A DNA stretch of 64,000 nucleotides from positions 76,839 to 140,838 of the forward strand of contig DJVT01000009.1 in assembly GCA_002441305.1 (NCBI GenBank), written 5' to 3'. Shown piece by piece: positions 28,100 through 36,609 of the stretch. A program made the translations under genes and the position numbers. Under the pieces are notes generated by a model. It saw only the letters and a list, made by a program, of their open reading frames with translations, did no database searches and had not been told where the DNA came from. This stretch comes from Candidatus Omnitrophica bacterium UBA6249 (GTDB taxonomy: Bacteria > Omnitrophota > Gorgyraeia > Gygaellales > Profunditerraquicolaceae). The first letter of the stretch is position 1; each line of letters begins with the position of its first letter.

Positions 28100-29335
28100 A
28101 TGATAAAAGTATTCGATTCTGTTCTTTATTGGTCGATAGTCCTTTTGCCGTTTACGGTGGCGATATCCACCGGGTTGTCCAATACCTGCCTTGGGGTTAT
28201 CGCCGCTTTTTATTTCCTGAAGAAGATATTTTTACGCAAGAGGCCGTTCGTGAATACCGCCCTGACGCTTCCTTTTTTGCTTTTTCTGGCCGTGTCGATT
28301 ATTTCGATGAAGAATTCCATTTGCCTGGATAACAGTTTGCACGGAGTGGTAAAATTGTTGAAATACGGGTTGATTTTTATGATCTGCGCGGAGGAGATCC
28401 AGGGGCTCGGTCATCTGAAGAGAATAATCTTTTCCATGGCCTGCGGCGCTTTGCTTACTACAATAGACGGGTTTTGGCAGTTAAAATTCGGATGGGATTT
28501 TGTAAGAGGAGAGGCGGTGCAGTCATGCCTGATAAATCTGCCCAGGCCCACCGGGCCGTTCCCCAACCCGAACGTGATGGGGATATATCTCAGCCTGATT
28601 GCCCCGTTGGTTATCGGGCTTAGTCTGTATTATTACAAGGGGAAGAAACTGGTTTTTTGGTGGGTAGTTTCCCTGGCCGCCGCCGCGGGGGTTTATATAA
28701 CTTTTTCACGGGGGAGCGGGCTGGGCCTATTTTTCGGAGTGCTTTTCTTAGGGGCTGCGCGCAGGCATAAGGCGGTGATCGCCGTTTTACTTGCGGCCCT
28801 TTTGTTGTTCCCGTTGGTTATGCCCAAGAACATAAAGAAGTGGGAGAAGATGTCGGGGTATAACCCCATGGTTTTTCTTCTGAACCAGGATAGGATAAGC
28901 ATGTATATGAACACCTTTAATATGATCGGCAGGCATCCTCTTATCGGGGTGGGGGTGAATACCTATTCAAAGAATTACGGAAGATATAAACTGCAGGAGT
29001 GGGAGGATTATGCGCATACGGAGGAGGCGGCGTACGCGCAGAGTAATTTCTTCCAGATGGCCGGGGAGACAGGGCTTATTGGACTGGGGGCTTTTGTCTG
29101 GTTGCTGTGGGCGTTGTTTGCCTCCCTGGCGCGCTGTTATAGAAAGATGAGGCAGGAGTATGCGGGGATTGTCGCTTTATCGCTCATCGGTTGTTTTATC
29201 GCTTTTTTAGTTAACGGACTTACGGAGTCGAGCCTGTATTATTCCCGGGTAGCGGTGATGTTCTGGTTTTTCGCAGGGATTGCTATGTTTATTGCCAGGC
29301 TCAAGCCTGGGGCAGGCAGCGGGGAGAGAAGATGA
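28100..29335 (+). CDS. O-antigen ligase family (Wzy_C) membrane protein
   Basis: Polytopic. TFSRGSGLGL and HPLIGVGVNTY...AQSNFFQMAGETGLIGL give the signature. Confidence 0.65.
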   Translation: MIKVFDSVLYWSIVLLPFTVAISTGLSNTCLGVIAAFYFLKKIFLRKRPFVNTALTLPFLLFLAVSIISMKNSICLDNSLHGVVKLLKYGLIFMICAEEIQGLGHLKRIIFSMACGALLTTIDGFWQLKFGWDFVRGEAVQSCLINLPRPTGPFPNPNVMGIYLSLIAPLVIGLSLYYYKGKKLVFWWVVSLAAAAGVYITFSRGSGLGLFFGVLFLGAARRHKAVIAVLLAALLLFPLVMPKNIKKWEKMSGYNPMVFLLNQDRISMYMNTFNMIGRHPLIGVGVNTYSKNYGRYKLQEWEDYAHTEEAAYAQSNFFQMAGETGLIGLGAFVWLLWALFASLARCYRKMRQEYAGIVALSLIGCFIAFLVNGLTESSLYYSRVAVMFWFFAGIAMFIARLKPGAGSGERR

Positions 29336-30270
29336 GGCGCAGCCTTAAGCCGGAGGAATTCAAGAGGATTTTGATTGTGCGTACGGATCGTTTTGGTGAA
29401 TTCCTGTTGAATATCCCGGCGATAGAGTCGGTGAGAAAGATTTGCGATAAAGCAAAAGTTACTTTAGCGGTAGCTTCTCCGGTTAAAGAATTGGCTGAGA
29501 GCTTTGCATGCGCAGATGAGATTGTGGCTTGGGATAAGGGTTTTCTCAAGGGGATGCGCAAGAGAAGATTCGATGCCTGCCTTGTGTTAAACCCTGCCAA
29601 GGAGGCGCACTGGGCGGCTTTTTGGGCCGGGATCCCGGTGCGCGCCGGTTATGACAGGAAGTGGGGATTTTTGCTTACGCATAAAATCAAGGATGAGAAA
29701 CACCTGGGGCTGAAGCATGAAGTGGAGTATAATTTGGAGTTGGCGGGGTTGCTTTTGCCTGAGCGGGCCAAGATCGGTTCATCTGCCTGCGGCAGTATTG
29801 CAACTATGGAAACAAAGGGGTTTGCAATGGCAAAAGGGGCGATCGCCATACATCCTTTTACCAGTGATCCTGTGAAGCAGTGGCCCCTGGAGAGGTTTAT
29901 GGAGTTGGCGGGGAGGATTTCCCGCGAGCTGGGGGTCAAGGTTGTGTTTGTGGGCAAGACGCAGGATGGCCGGGGGATAGAGAGGAATAATGATAATCTG
30001 GAGGCGTTGGATTTAGTTAATAAAACGAGCCTGGTTGAACTTGCCTGTGTGCTTAAACAGTGCAGGCTGCTTGTTACAGGCGACAGCGGGCCGATGCACC
30101 TTGCTGCAGCGGCGGGAGTGCCGGTGGTGGCGCTGTTCAGGAATGACCTGCCGGGAAAGACCGCCAGGAGGTGGGGGCCGGTGGGAAGCGGGCATATGGT
30201 TATAGAAAAGCCGCGTTTGGAAGATATAAGCGTCGAGGAAGTCCTTCTCTATTGTAGACAGTTTATGTAA
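29332..30270 (+). CDS. glycosyltransferase family 9 (heptosyltransferase-like)
   Basis: ILIVRTDRFGEFLLNIPAI and LVTGDSGPMHLAAAAGVPVVALF are GT9 blocks. The last 5 codons and the stop lie inside an inverted copy of the box 2 repeat. Confidence 0.75.
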   Translation: MRRSLKPEEFKRILIVRTDRFGEFLLNIPAIESVRKICDKAKVTLAVASPVKELAESFACADEIVAWDKGFLKGMRKRRFDACLVLNPAKEAHWAAFWAGIPVRAGYDRKWGFLLTHKIKDEKHLGLKHEVEYNLELAGLLLPERAKIGSSACGSIATMETKGFAMAKGAIAIHPFTSDPVKQWPLERFMELAGRISRELGVKVVFVGKTQDGRGIERNNDNLEALDLVNKTSLVELACVLKQCRLLVTGDSGPMHLAAAAGVPVVALFRNDLPGKTARRWGPVGSGHMVIEKPRLEDISVEEVLLYCRQFM

Positions 30271-30372
30271 GTTCTTTATTTTGATAGGATTATGTAAGAA
30301 ATATGCATAAAGCAATAAAGAGTATTTCTTTTGTAACTATATTTATTACAGGCAGTTACATAAACTGTCTAC
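30254..30372. repeat. bipartite intergenic element, head-to-head inverted doublet A (upstream of manC)
   Basis: Reverse arm: gtagacagtttatgtaag (30254-30271), N18, ttatgtaagaaatat (30290-30304). Forward arm: gtatttcttttgtaa (30322-30336), N18, gttacataaactgtctac (30355-30372). The ATG lies 7 nt downstream. Confidence 0.85.
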
Positions 30373-30379
30373 AAAGATT

Positions 30380-31771
30380 ATGACGTATGCGGTGATATTG
30401 GCAGGAGGCGTGGGGAGCAGGTTCTGGCCTTTCTCGAGGGAGCTTGAGCCGAAGCAGTTCATGAGTATCGTCGGCGAAGAAAGCCTGCTCCAGGCGACTG
30501 CGCGCAGGTTAAAGGGCTTGATTGAGCCGGAGAATGTTTACGTAGTTACGAATAGTGTCTATTTTTATGAGGTCAGGGCGCAGTTGGGAGGTTTCGGGAT
30601 CCCGGAGAAGAATATAATCCTTGAGCCGCAGGGCAAGAATACCGCGCCTGCGATCGGCCTTTGCGCGAGGTTGATCGGGCGCAGAGACAAAGACGCTGTG
30701 CTTGTAGTCCTGCCGGCAGACCATTATATAAAGAATGATGTGAATTTCAGGAGCACGCTTAAGAAGGCTATTGCTTGCGCAAGGCAGGATTTCTTGGTGA
30801 CTGTGGGCATAAGGCCGTCTGCTCCTTCTACCGGATATGGATATATAAGGTCAGGAGAGAAGAAGAGCGGTTATATAGAAGCCAGGGAGTTTTTGGAAAA
30901 GCCGGATCTTGCCCGCGCGCGCAGGTATTTTAAAGACAAGCGTTTCTTCTGGAACAGCGGGATATTTATCTGGAAGGCATCGGTATTTATGGATGAGGTG
31001 AAGAAATACCTGCCGGGGCTGTATTCTAAGCTGCGCATTGTTGAGTCGGTTAGGGATATTCCCCGCATCTGGCCCGGGATAAAGCCGATTTCCGTTGACT
31101 ACGGGATAATGGAGCATTCGAAAAAGGTTGCGCTTATCCCCGCCTTTTTTTATTGGACGGATTTGGGAAGCTGGGATGCTTTGGCGGAAGTGTCCCCTAA
31201 AGATAGAGAGGGGAATATCTCAGGAGAGGACACTTTGAACCTGAACAGCCGGGGGGTGTGTGTTTTTTCCCGGGGAAACAGGCTGGTGTCTACCATAGGC
31301 GTAAATGATCTGATAATCGCGGATACGCCCGATGCTCTTTTGGTCTGCGACAGAAACCGCACGCAGGATGTTAAACATCTGGTGGACAAACTTAAGACTT
31401 TGCGGCGCAAGGAGCACCAGGTGCATTTGACTGAGCGCAGGCCGTGGGGCTCGTTCACTGTTTTGCAGAAAGGGCCAGGGTTTAAGATAAAGCTTATAGA
31501 GCTGGCCCCTAAAAAAAGGATCAGCCTGCAGAGGCATAAACTGCGTGCCGAGCATTGGGTGGTTATTTCAGGCACGGCCAAGGTAACCGGTTCGGGAAAA
31601 AGTTACACGGTACGCAGTAACGAGAGTGTCTATATTCCCAAGGGCAGAAAACACCGCCTGGAGAATCCTGCGTCTGCGCCGCTTAAGATCGTTGAGGTGC
31701 AGACCGGGGGTTATCTTGAAGAGGATGATATAGAAAGATTCGACGATGATTTTAAGAGGATGCAAGAGTAG
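30380..31771 (+). CDS. manC: mannose-1-phosphate guanylyltransferase / mannose-6-phosphate isomerase (type II PMI)
   Basis: The N-terminal ILAGGVGSRFWPFSR is an NTP-transferase block. The C-terminal cupin reads RPWGSF...QRHKLRAEHWVVISG...HRLENP. Confidence 0.9.
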   Translation: MTYAVILAGGVGSRFWPFSRELEPKQFMSIVGEESLLQATARRLKGLIEPENVYVVTNSVYFYEVRAQLGGFGIPEKNIILEPQGKNTAPAIGLCARLIGRRDKDAVLVVLPADHYIKNDVNFRSTLKKAIACARQDFLVTVGIRPSAPSTGYGYIRSGEKKSGYIEAREFLEKPDLARARRYFKDKRFFWNSGIFIWKASVFMDEVKKYLPGLYSKLRIVESVRDIPRIWPGIKPISVDYGIMEHSKKVALIPAFFYWTDLGSWDALAEVSPKDREGNISGEDTLNLNSRGVCVFSRGNRLVSTIGVNDLIIADTPDALLVCDRNRTQDVKHLVDKLKTLRRKEHQVHLTERRPWGSFTVLQKGPGFKIKLIELAPKKRISLQRHKLRAEHWVVISGTAKVTGSGKSYTVRSNESVYIPKGRKHRLENPASAPLKIVEVQTGGYLEEDDIERFDDDFKRMQE

Positions 31772-31888
31772 ACAGTTTATGTAATTGCATGCGCTACAAT
31801 ATGTTGCAAAAGAAATATTTAATTTTGAGGTGGGTTCGTATTTGTTTCATAAGCCCAGTTATGAGATGAGGTTATGTAAACTGTCTAC
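31768..31888. repeat. bipartite intergenic element, inverted doublet B (upstream of GT9 gene)
   Basis: Reverse arm: gtagacagtttatgtaat (31768-31785), N18, ttgcaaaagaaatat (31804-31818). Forward arm: gtatttgtttcataa (31838-31852), N18, gttatgtaaactgtctac (31871-31888). Confidence 0.85.
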
Positions 31889-31921
31889 AAAACTTTTTGG
31901 TGTTTGGGGAGAGTCTAACTG

Positions 31922-32995
31922 ATGAAAAGGGTATTAATCATTAGCCCTTTCGGTATCGGCGATGTTCTTTTTACTATGCCGGTTATCCGATCAATCAAGG
32001 AAGCCTGGCCGGAGAGCTTTATCGGTTACTGGTGTAATACCCGGGTTAGTCCGCTTTTGGAAGGGAATCGGAGTATTGACCGGGTGTTTGGGCTTGCGCG
32101 CGGAGACATTAAAAAACTCTTCCGGGAGTCTTTTTTTAAAGGTATGCAAGCGGCGATTAAACTGGTCTGGGAGATAAAGAAAGAGCGTTTCGATATTTGC
32201 CTTGATTTTTCCCTGGAGTATCGTTATAGTCTATTTGCCAAATTTGCCGGAATAGGCAGGCGCGTCGGATTTAATTATAAGGGCAGGGGAAGATTCCTTA
32301 CCGATAAGATAGATGTAGACGGATATTCCGGCAAACATGCGGTGGAATGCGCTAAGGAACTGCTTAAGTTTTTAGAGATTCCGCCTTGCGCGGGAGGGTT
32401 TAGGCTGGATGTCTCTGCCGAGGTTGAGTCGAAGGCTGGGGCGATGCTTCGCGCGGCGGGTATCAATCCGGGTGATTTATTGATCGGGATCGCCCCGGGG
32501 GCAGGAGGGAGCTGGGGCAAGGATGCTGCATATAAACATTGGCCCGCGGTGAAGTTTGCTGAGGTGGCCGGCAGATTGATGGAGAAGCTGAAAGCGAAGG
32601 TTGTTATCCTCGGTGATGAGCAGGAGCGTAAGATCGCCGAGGTTATATTGCATACAATGCGTAGTAAACCGGTGGATTTTACGGGAAGGGTAAAGCTGGA
32701 GGTTCTGCCGGGTATAATCAAAAGATGTTCTTTGTTTATAAGCAATGATGGAGGCCCGTTGCATATGGCTGTGGCGCTTGGCGTAAAGACAGTTTCGGTT
32801 TTTGGCCCGGTGAGCGAGATTGTGTATGGGCCGTATCCTTCGGGGGACCCGAACCATGAGGTGGTAAAACATGATATGCCTTGCCGCCCGTGTTATAATA
32901 GATTCAGGCTGCCGGCTTGCGACAGGGACAAGGAATGTCTTAAGGCTATTGGCGCTGACGAAGTATTTGCGGCGGCGGAGAGGATACTTAGGTAA
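31922..32995 (+). CDS. glycosyltransferase family 9 (heptosyltransferase-like)
   Basis: ISPFGIGDVLFTMPVIRSIK and ISNDGGPLHMAVALGVKTVSVFGP are GT9 blocks. Confidence 0.8.
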   Translation: MKRVLIISPFGIGDVLFTMPVIRSIKEAWPESFIGYWCNTRVSPLLEGNRSIDRVFGLARGDIKKLFRESFFKGMQAAIKLVWEIKKERFDICLDFSLEYRYSLFAKFAGIGRRVGFNYKGRGRFLTDKIDVDGYSGKHAVECAKELLKFLEIPPCAGGFRLDVSAEVESKAGAMLRAAGINPGDLLIGIAPGAGGSWGKDAAYKHWPAVKFAEVAGRLMEKLKAKVVILGDEQERKIAEVILHTMRSKPVDFTGRVKLEVLPGIIKRCSLFISNDGGPLHMAVALGVKTVSVFGPVSEIVYGPYPSGDPNHEVVKHDMPCRPCYNRFRLPACDRDKECLKAIGADEVFAAAERILR

Positions 32996-33045
32996 TATTT
33001 CTTTTGTAATCTTAAGGAGGGCAGGCAGTTGCGTAAACTGTCTAC
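32995..33045 (+). repeat. bipartite intergenic element, single copy D (upstream of degT-like gene)
   Basis: atatttcttttgtaa (32995-33009), N18, gttgcgtaaactgtctac (33028-33045). The ATG lies 7 nt downstream. Confidence 0.85.
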
Positions 33046-33052
33046 AGAGAGG

Positions 33053-34165
33053 ATGAGAGTAGCGGCATTGGATTTGAAGAGGCAGATCAAGCCTATACGC
33101 CGGCAGATAGACGCGGCTATAAAAAAGGCTGTCGATAATACTAGTTTTATACTGGGCGCAGGGGTATCTGAGTTTGAGCGGAATGTTAAGGAGTATTCCG
33201 GGGCCAGGTATGCCGTCGGTGTCTCCAATGGCACGGATGCTATTTCTCTTGCCTTGCTTGCGCTCGGCATAAAACACGGGGACGAGGTGGTTTGCCCTGC
33301 GTTTACTTATTTTGCTACGGCAGGGGCGGTGGCGGCTGTCGGCGCAACGCCGGTATTTGCGGATATAGACAAGGATACTTATAATATTTCCTTGCAGAGC
33401 CTTAAGGATATTCTTTCCAGGAGAAAGAATATCAAGGCGGTCATACCCGTGCATCTTTACGGACAATGCGCGGATATGGGCCAGGTGCTGTCTCTGGCGC
33501 GCAAGTACGGTATTAAGGTAATAGAAGATGCGGCCCAGGCTTTCGGCGCCGAGTATATGGGCAGGAAGGCCGGAACCATAGGGGACTGCGGGGCGGTAAG
33601 TTTTTATCCGGGGAAGAATATCGGGGCATTCGGGGATGCCGGTATGGTGCTTACTAACAATAAAGCAGTTGCGGAAAGACTTTTTATCTTGCGCAACCAG
33701 GGGAACAAGGATAAGTATTACCATTCCCTCCTGGGGCGTAACAACCGTCTGGATGCCATACAAGCGGTTGTGCTTGATGTAAAGCTTAAATATCTCGATG
33801 ACTGGAATAAGGGGCGGGGGGAGGTTGCCTGTTACTATGACCGGTATTTTTCTTCCTGCGCGGTGCAGATTCCTTTCAGGGCCGCCTATAGTACGCATAT
33901 TTACCACCAGTACACTTTAAGGGGAAAGGGTTCGGGAAGGAAAATCGTCGAGCGCCTGCATGAGAGAGGTATCGACGCGCGCGTGTTTTATCCTGTTCCT
34001 TTGCATTTGCAGGAGTGTTTCAAGTGCCTGGGGTATAAGGCGGGGGATTTTCCCGAGGCGGAGGCGGCGGCAAGACATGTGTTCAGTATCCCCGTTTTTC
34101 CGGAGTTAAAGCGGGATGAGAGGGAGTATGTGGCTTCACAGGTGAAGGACGTTTTGGAATCATAG
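33053..34165 (+). CDS. DegT/DnrJ/EryC1/StrS family sugar aminotransferase
   Basis: Recognised blocks: LDLKRQ, VSNGTDAISLAL, EDAAQAFGA. I moved the start from the track's TTG at 33029, which lies inside the repeat box, to the in-frame ATG at 33053. That ATG has a GAGAGG RBS. Confidence 0.85.
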   Translation: MRVAALDLKRQIKPIRRQIDAAIKKAVDNTSFILGAGVSEFERNVKEYSGARYAVGVSNGTDAISLALLALGIKHGDEVVCPAFTYFATAGAVAAVGATPVFADIDKDTYNISLQSLKDILSRRKNIKAVIPVHLYGQCADMGQVLSLARKYGIKVIEDAAQAFGAEYMGRKAGTIGDCGAVSFYPGKNIGAFGDAGMVLTNNKAVAERLFILRNQGNKDKYYHSLLGRNNRLDAIQAVVLDVKLKYLDDWNKGRGEVACYYDRYFSSCAVQIPFRAAYSTHIYHQYTLRGKGSGRKIVERLHERGIDARVFYPVPLHLQECFKCLGYKAGDFPEAEAAARHVFSIPVFPELKRDEREYVASQVKDVLES

Positions 34166-34178
34166 GAAAGGGGCTTGC

Positions 34179-34943
34179 ATGGATAAGATAAACTTAACGG
34201 TAGTAGTGTTGACCAAGAACAGCTCGAAGATAATAGAGGACTGCCTGAAGAGCGTCCATGGCTGGGTGTCGGAGATAGTGGTGGTGGATGATATGAGCTC
34301 CGACGGGACGCTGGATATCGTCAGGAAATATACAGATAAGGTGCATACCAGAAAATGGGACAGGGAGGGCGCGCACAGGAATTTCGCTTATTCCCTGGCA
34401 AAGTGCGATTATATATTGAGCCTTGATTCGGATGAACGGGTGACCCCGGAGTTGAGGGATGAGATTATAAATTTGTTCAAGGAGGGTCCGAAGTTCGCCG
34501 GGTATAATATCCCGCACAGGAATTTTATCGGGGATTACTGGATAAAATACGGGGGATGGTATCCGAATGCCAAATTGAAGATGTATGCCAGGAAGGAATT
34601 CCACTATGAAGAAGAGGCGGAGTATCACCCCCGGGCGTTCTTGAACGGGCAGAGTTATACTCTAAAGTCGGATATAATCCATTATGCCTACAGGGATTTC
34701 CAGAATCTTTTCTCAAAATTAAACCACCAGACGGATTTTGAAGCGAAAAAATGGCTGCGCGACCAGAGGAAGATGAGCTTCGGAAGGTGCATGTTCAAGG
34801 CAGTGACCAGGTTTATCAAGTTTTATTTCGTCAAGAAGGGCAGGAAAGACGGTTATATCGGTTTTATGATGGCGCTTGCCTCCAGCGCCTACCAGTTGAT
34901 GACGTACGCCAAATACTGGGAAGCGAAGAATAAAAATAAATGA
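34179..34943 (+). CDS. glycosyltransferase family 2
   Basis: LTVVVLTKN, VVVDDMSSDGT and LSLDSDE are the recognised blocks. Confidence 0.7.
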   Translation: MDKINLTVVVLTKNSSKIIEDCLKSVHGWVSEIVVVDDMSSDGTLDIVRKYTDKVHTRKWDREGAHRNFAYSLAKCDYILSLDSDERVTPELRDEIINLFKEGPKFAGYNIPHRNFIGDYWIKYGGWYPNAKLKMYARKEFHYEEEAEYHPRAFLNGQSYTLKSDIIHYAYRDFQNLFSKLNHQTDFEAKKWLRDQRKMSFGRCMFKAVTRFIKFYFVKKGRKDGYIGFMMALASSAYQLMTYAKYWEAKNKNK

Positions 34944-35494
34944 AGGCTGTTTTTCTGGACAGGGATGGGGTGATAAATAAGTATCCCGGGGACAGGATGT
35001 ATGTTACCTCCCTTAAAAAGTTTAAGTTTCTCCCCCGGGCGAAAAAGGCCGTTGCCCTGTTGACCGGGAAAGGTTACAGGATCTTTATCGCTTCTAACCA
35101 GGCCGGGGTAGGCAGGGGTATTTACGCGCAGAGCACCCTGGATAAGATTACTTTGCGTATGACCGAAGCCCTCGAAAAGGAGGGCGGCAGGATTACGCGG
35201 GCTTATTACTGTACCCACCGTAAGGATGCCGGATGCGCCTGCCGTAAGCCCAAGCCCGGCTTGCTCAAGAAGGCTGCCAGAGAGTACGGGTTAGATCTTG
35301 AGAAGGCGTTTTTTGTGGGGGATACTATCCGCGATGTGCTTACCGCAAAAGCGGCAGGGTGTAAATCCATTCTCGTCCTCACCGGCAAGGAAAAACTGAA
35401 AAACCGGCAACGTTGGGAGGCGGAGCCGGATTTCGTATTCAAGGATCTTTTGTCCGCGGCGGAATTCTTGTGTAAACCAATAAGGAACAGGTAG
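34940..35494 (+). CDS. gmhB: D-glycero-D-manno-heptose 1,7-bisphosphate phosphatase (HAD-IIIA)
   Basis: FLDRDGVIN, SNQAGVGRG, the Zn motif CTHRKDAGCACRKPKPG, and GDTIRD. Confidence 0.8.
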   Translation: MKAVFLDRDGVINKYPGDRMYVTSLKKFKFLPRAKKAVALLTGKGYRIFIASNQAGVGRGIYAQSTLDKITLRMTEALEKEGGRITRAYYCTHRKDAGCACRKPKPGLLKKAAREYGLDLEKAFFVGDTIRDVLTAKAAGCKSILVLTGKEKLKNRQRWEAEPDFVFKDLLSAAEFLCKPIRNR

Positions 35495-35511
35495 TTACAT
35501 AAACTGTCTAC
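35461..35511 (+). repeat. bipartite intergenic element, single copy E (upstream of MGDG-synthase-like gene)
   Basis: ggaattcttgtgtaa (35461-35475, inside the end of gmhB), N18, gttacataaactgtctac (35494-35511). The ATG lies 6 nt downstream. Confidence 0.8.
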
Positions 35512-35517
35512 ATAAAT

Positions 35518-36609
35518 ATGAGGGTGCTGGTTACGTATGCTTCGGCGGGAGCCGGGCACCGCAGGGTAGCCGAGGCTATATACGCGTATTTGAAAGAGAG
35601 CCGCGGGGAGGTCGATGCCGTATTGTCCGACATCCTGCCTTTTACCGGCAAGCTTTTCCGTTTTTCCTACAGCGCGGGCTATCCTTTTTTAATCAATCAT
35701 GCCCCCTGGCTGTGGGGGTTCTTTTTTTGGCTTACCGGTCCGAGCATTTTCCGCAGGCCTGTCCGCGCATTGGCCAGGATGGCGAATTATTTAGGGTGCA
35801 TGCGGTTTGCCGCTTACCTGCGCAGGGAAAGATTCGATTTTATCATCTCCACACATTTTTTGAACTCCGAGATCGCCGCGGGATTGAAGTCTAAAGGCAG
35901 GATATCTTCCAGGCTGATTACGGTGATTACCGATTTCGGCGTGCATCCTTTTTGGGTTTCCCCGGGGATCGATATTTACGCAGTTGCCTCAGAGGCGACA
36001 AGGGAGAAGCTTAAGGAGATGGGGGTTGCGGATAAACAGGCGATGGTTTCCGGTATCCCCTGCGGCGCGCCTTTTCTGAAAAAAGCAGACCGGGGCAGCC
36101 TGTGTTCGAAGCTTGGTATAGAACAGGGTAAATTTACGGTTTTGCTTATGACCGGTTCTTTCGGTTTCGGCCCGCTTGGGGAGATTGCTGAAGCTGTCAG
36201 CGAGGCAGCGCAGGTTCTGGTTGTCTGCGCAAGGAATAACAGGCTGCTGGAAAGAATGTCGAAGAAAAAGCCGGTGAATATAAAGGCGTTCGGTTTTGTC
36301 GGCAACATAGAGGAGCTTATGGGCGCAAGCGATATTATAATTACCAAGCCAGGAGGATCGAGCATTGCCGAGCTTCTTGCCATGGGGTTGTTTCCTGTTT
36401 TTATATCCGCCATACCCGGGCAGGAGCAGGAAAACGTAAAGGTGCTCTCTTCATGCGGCGTCGGCTATTCATGCGATAATGTCAGGAAGGTAAAGGATTT
36501 TGTTTCCAGGCTCAGGGACAACCCCGCAGAGCTTGAAAGATTGAGAGGTAATGTCTTGAAAATATCCAGGCCCTTTGCCTGCCGGGAGATATGCGATGCT
36601 ATACGCTAA
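35518..36609 (+). CDS. MGDG-synthase-like / processive diacylglycerol glycosyltransferase (GT28)
   Basis: The N-terminal ASAGAGHRRVAEAI and the C-terminal ITKPGGSSIAELLA are typical of the MGDG synthase/UgtP family. Confidence 0.7.
   Translation: MRVLVTYASAGAGHRRVAEAIYAYLKESRGEVDAVLSDILPFTGKLFRFSYSAGYPFLINHAPWLWGFFFWLTGPSIFRRPVRALARMANYLGCMRFAAYLRRERFDFIISTHFLNSEIAAGLKSKGRISSRLITVITDFGVHPFWVSPGIDIYAVASEATREKLKEMGVADKQAMVSGIPCGAPFLKKADRGSLCSKLGIEQGKFTVLLMTGSFGFGPLGEIAEAVSEAAQVLVVCARNNRLLERMSKKKPVNIKAFGFVGNIEELMGASDIIITKPGGSSIAELLAMGLFPVFISAIPGQEQENVKVLSSCGVGYSCDNVRKVKDFVSRLRDNPAELERLRGNVLKISRPFACREICDAIR

Noticed and set aside
32477-33907. 476-aa ORF on the minus strand, the longest unannotated ORF in the track
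   Set aside because: It is entirely antisense to two well-supported + strand genes (GT9 and DegT aminotransferase). Its translation is Arg/Pro/Leu/Ile-rich with no recognisable motifs, and it reads straight through the intergenic repeat element. This is the typical shadow ORF of a GC-richer coding region.
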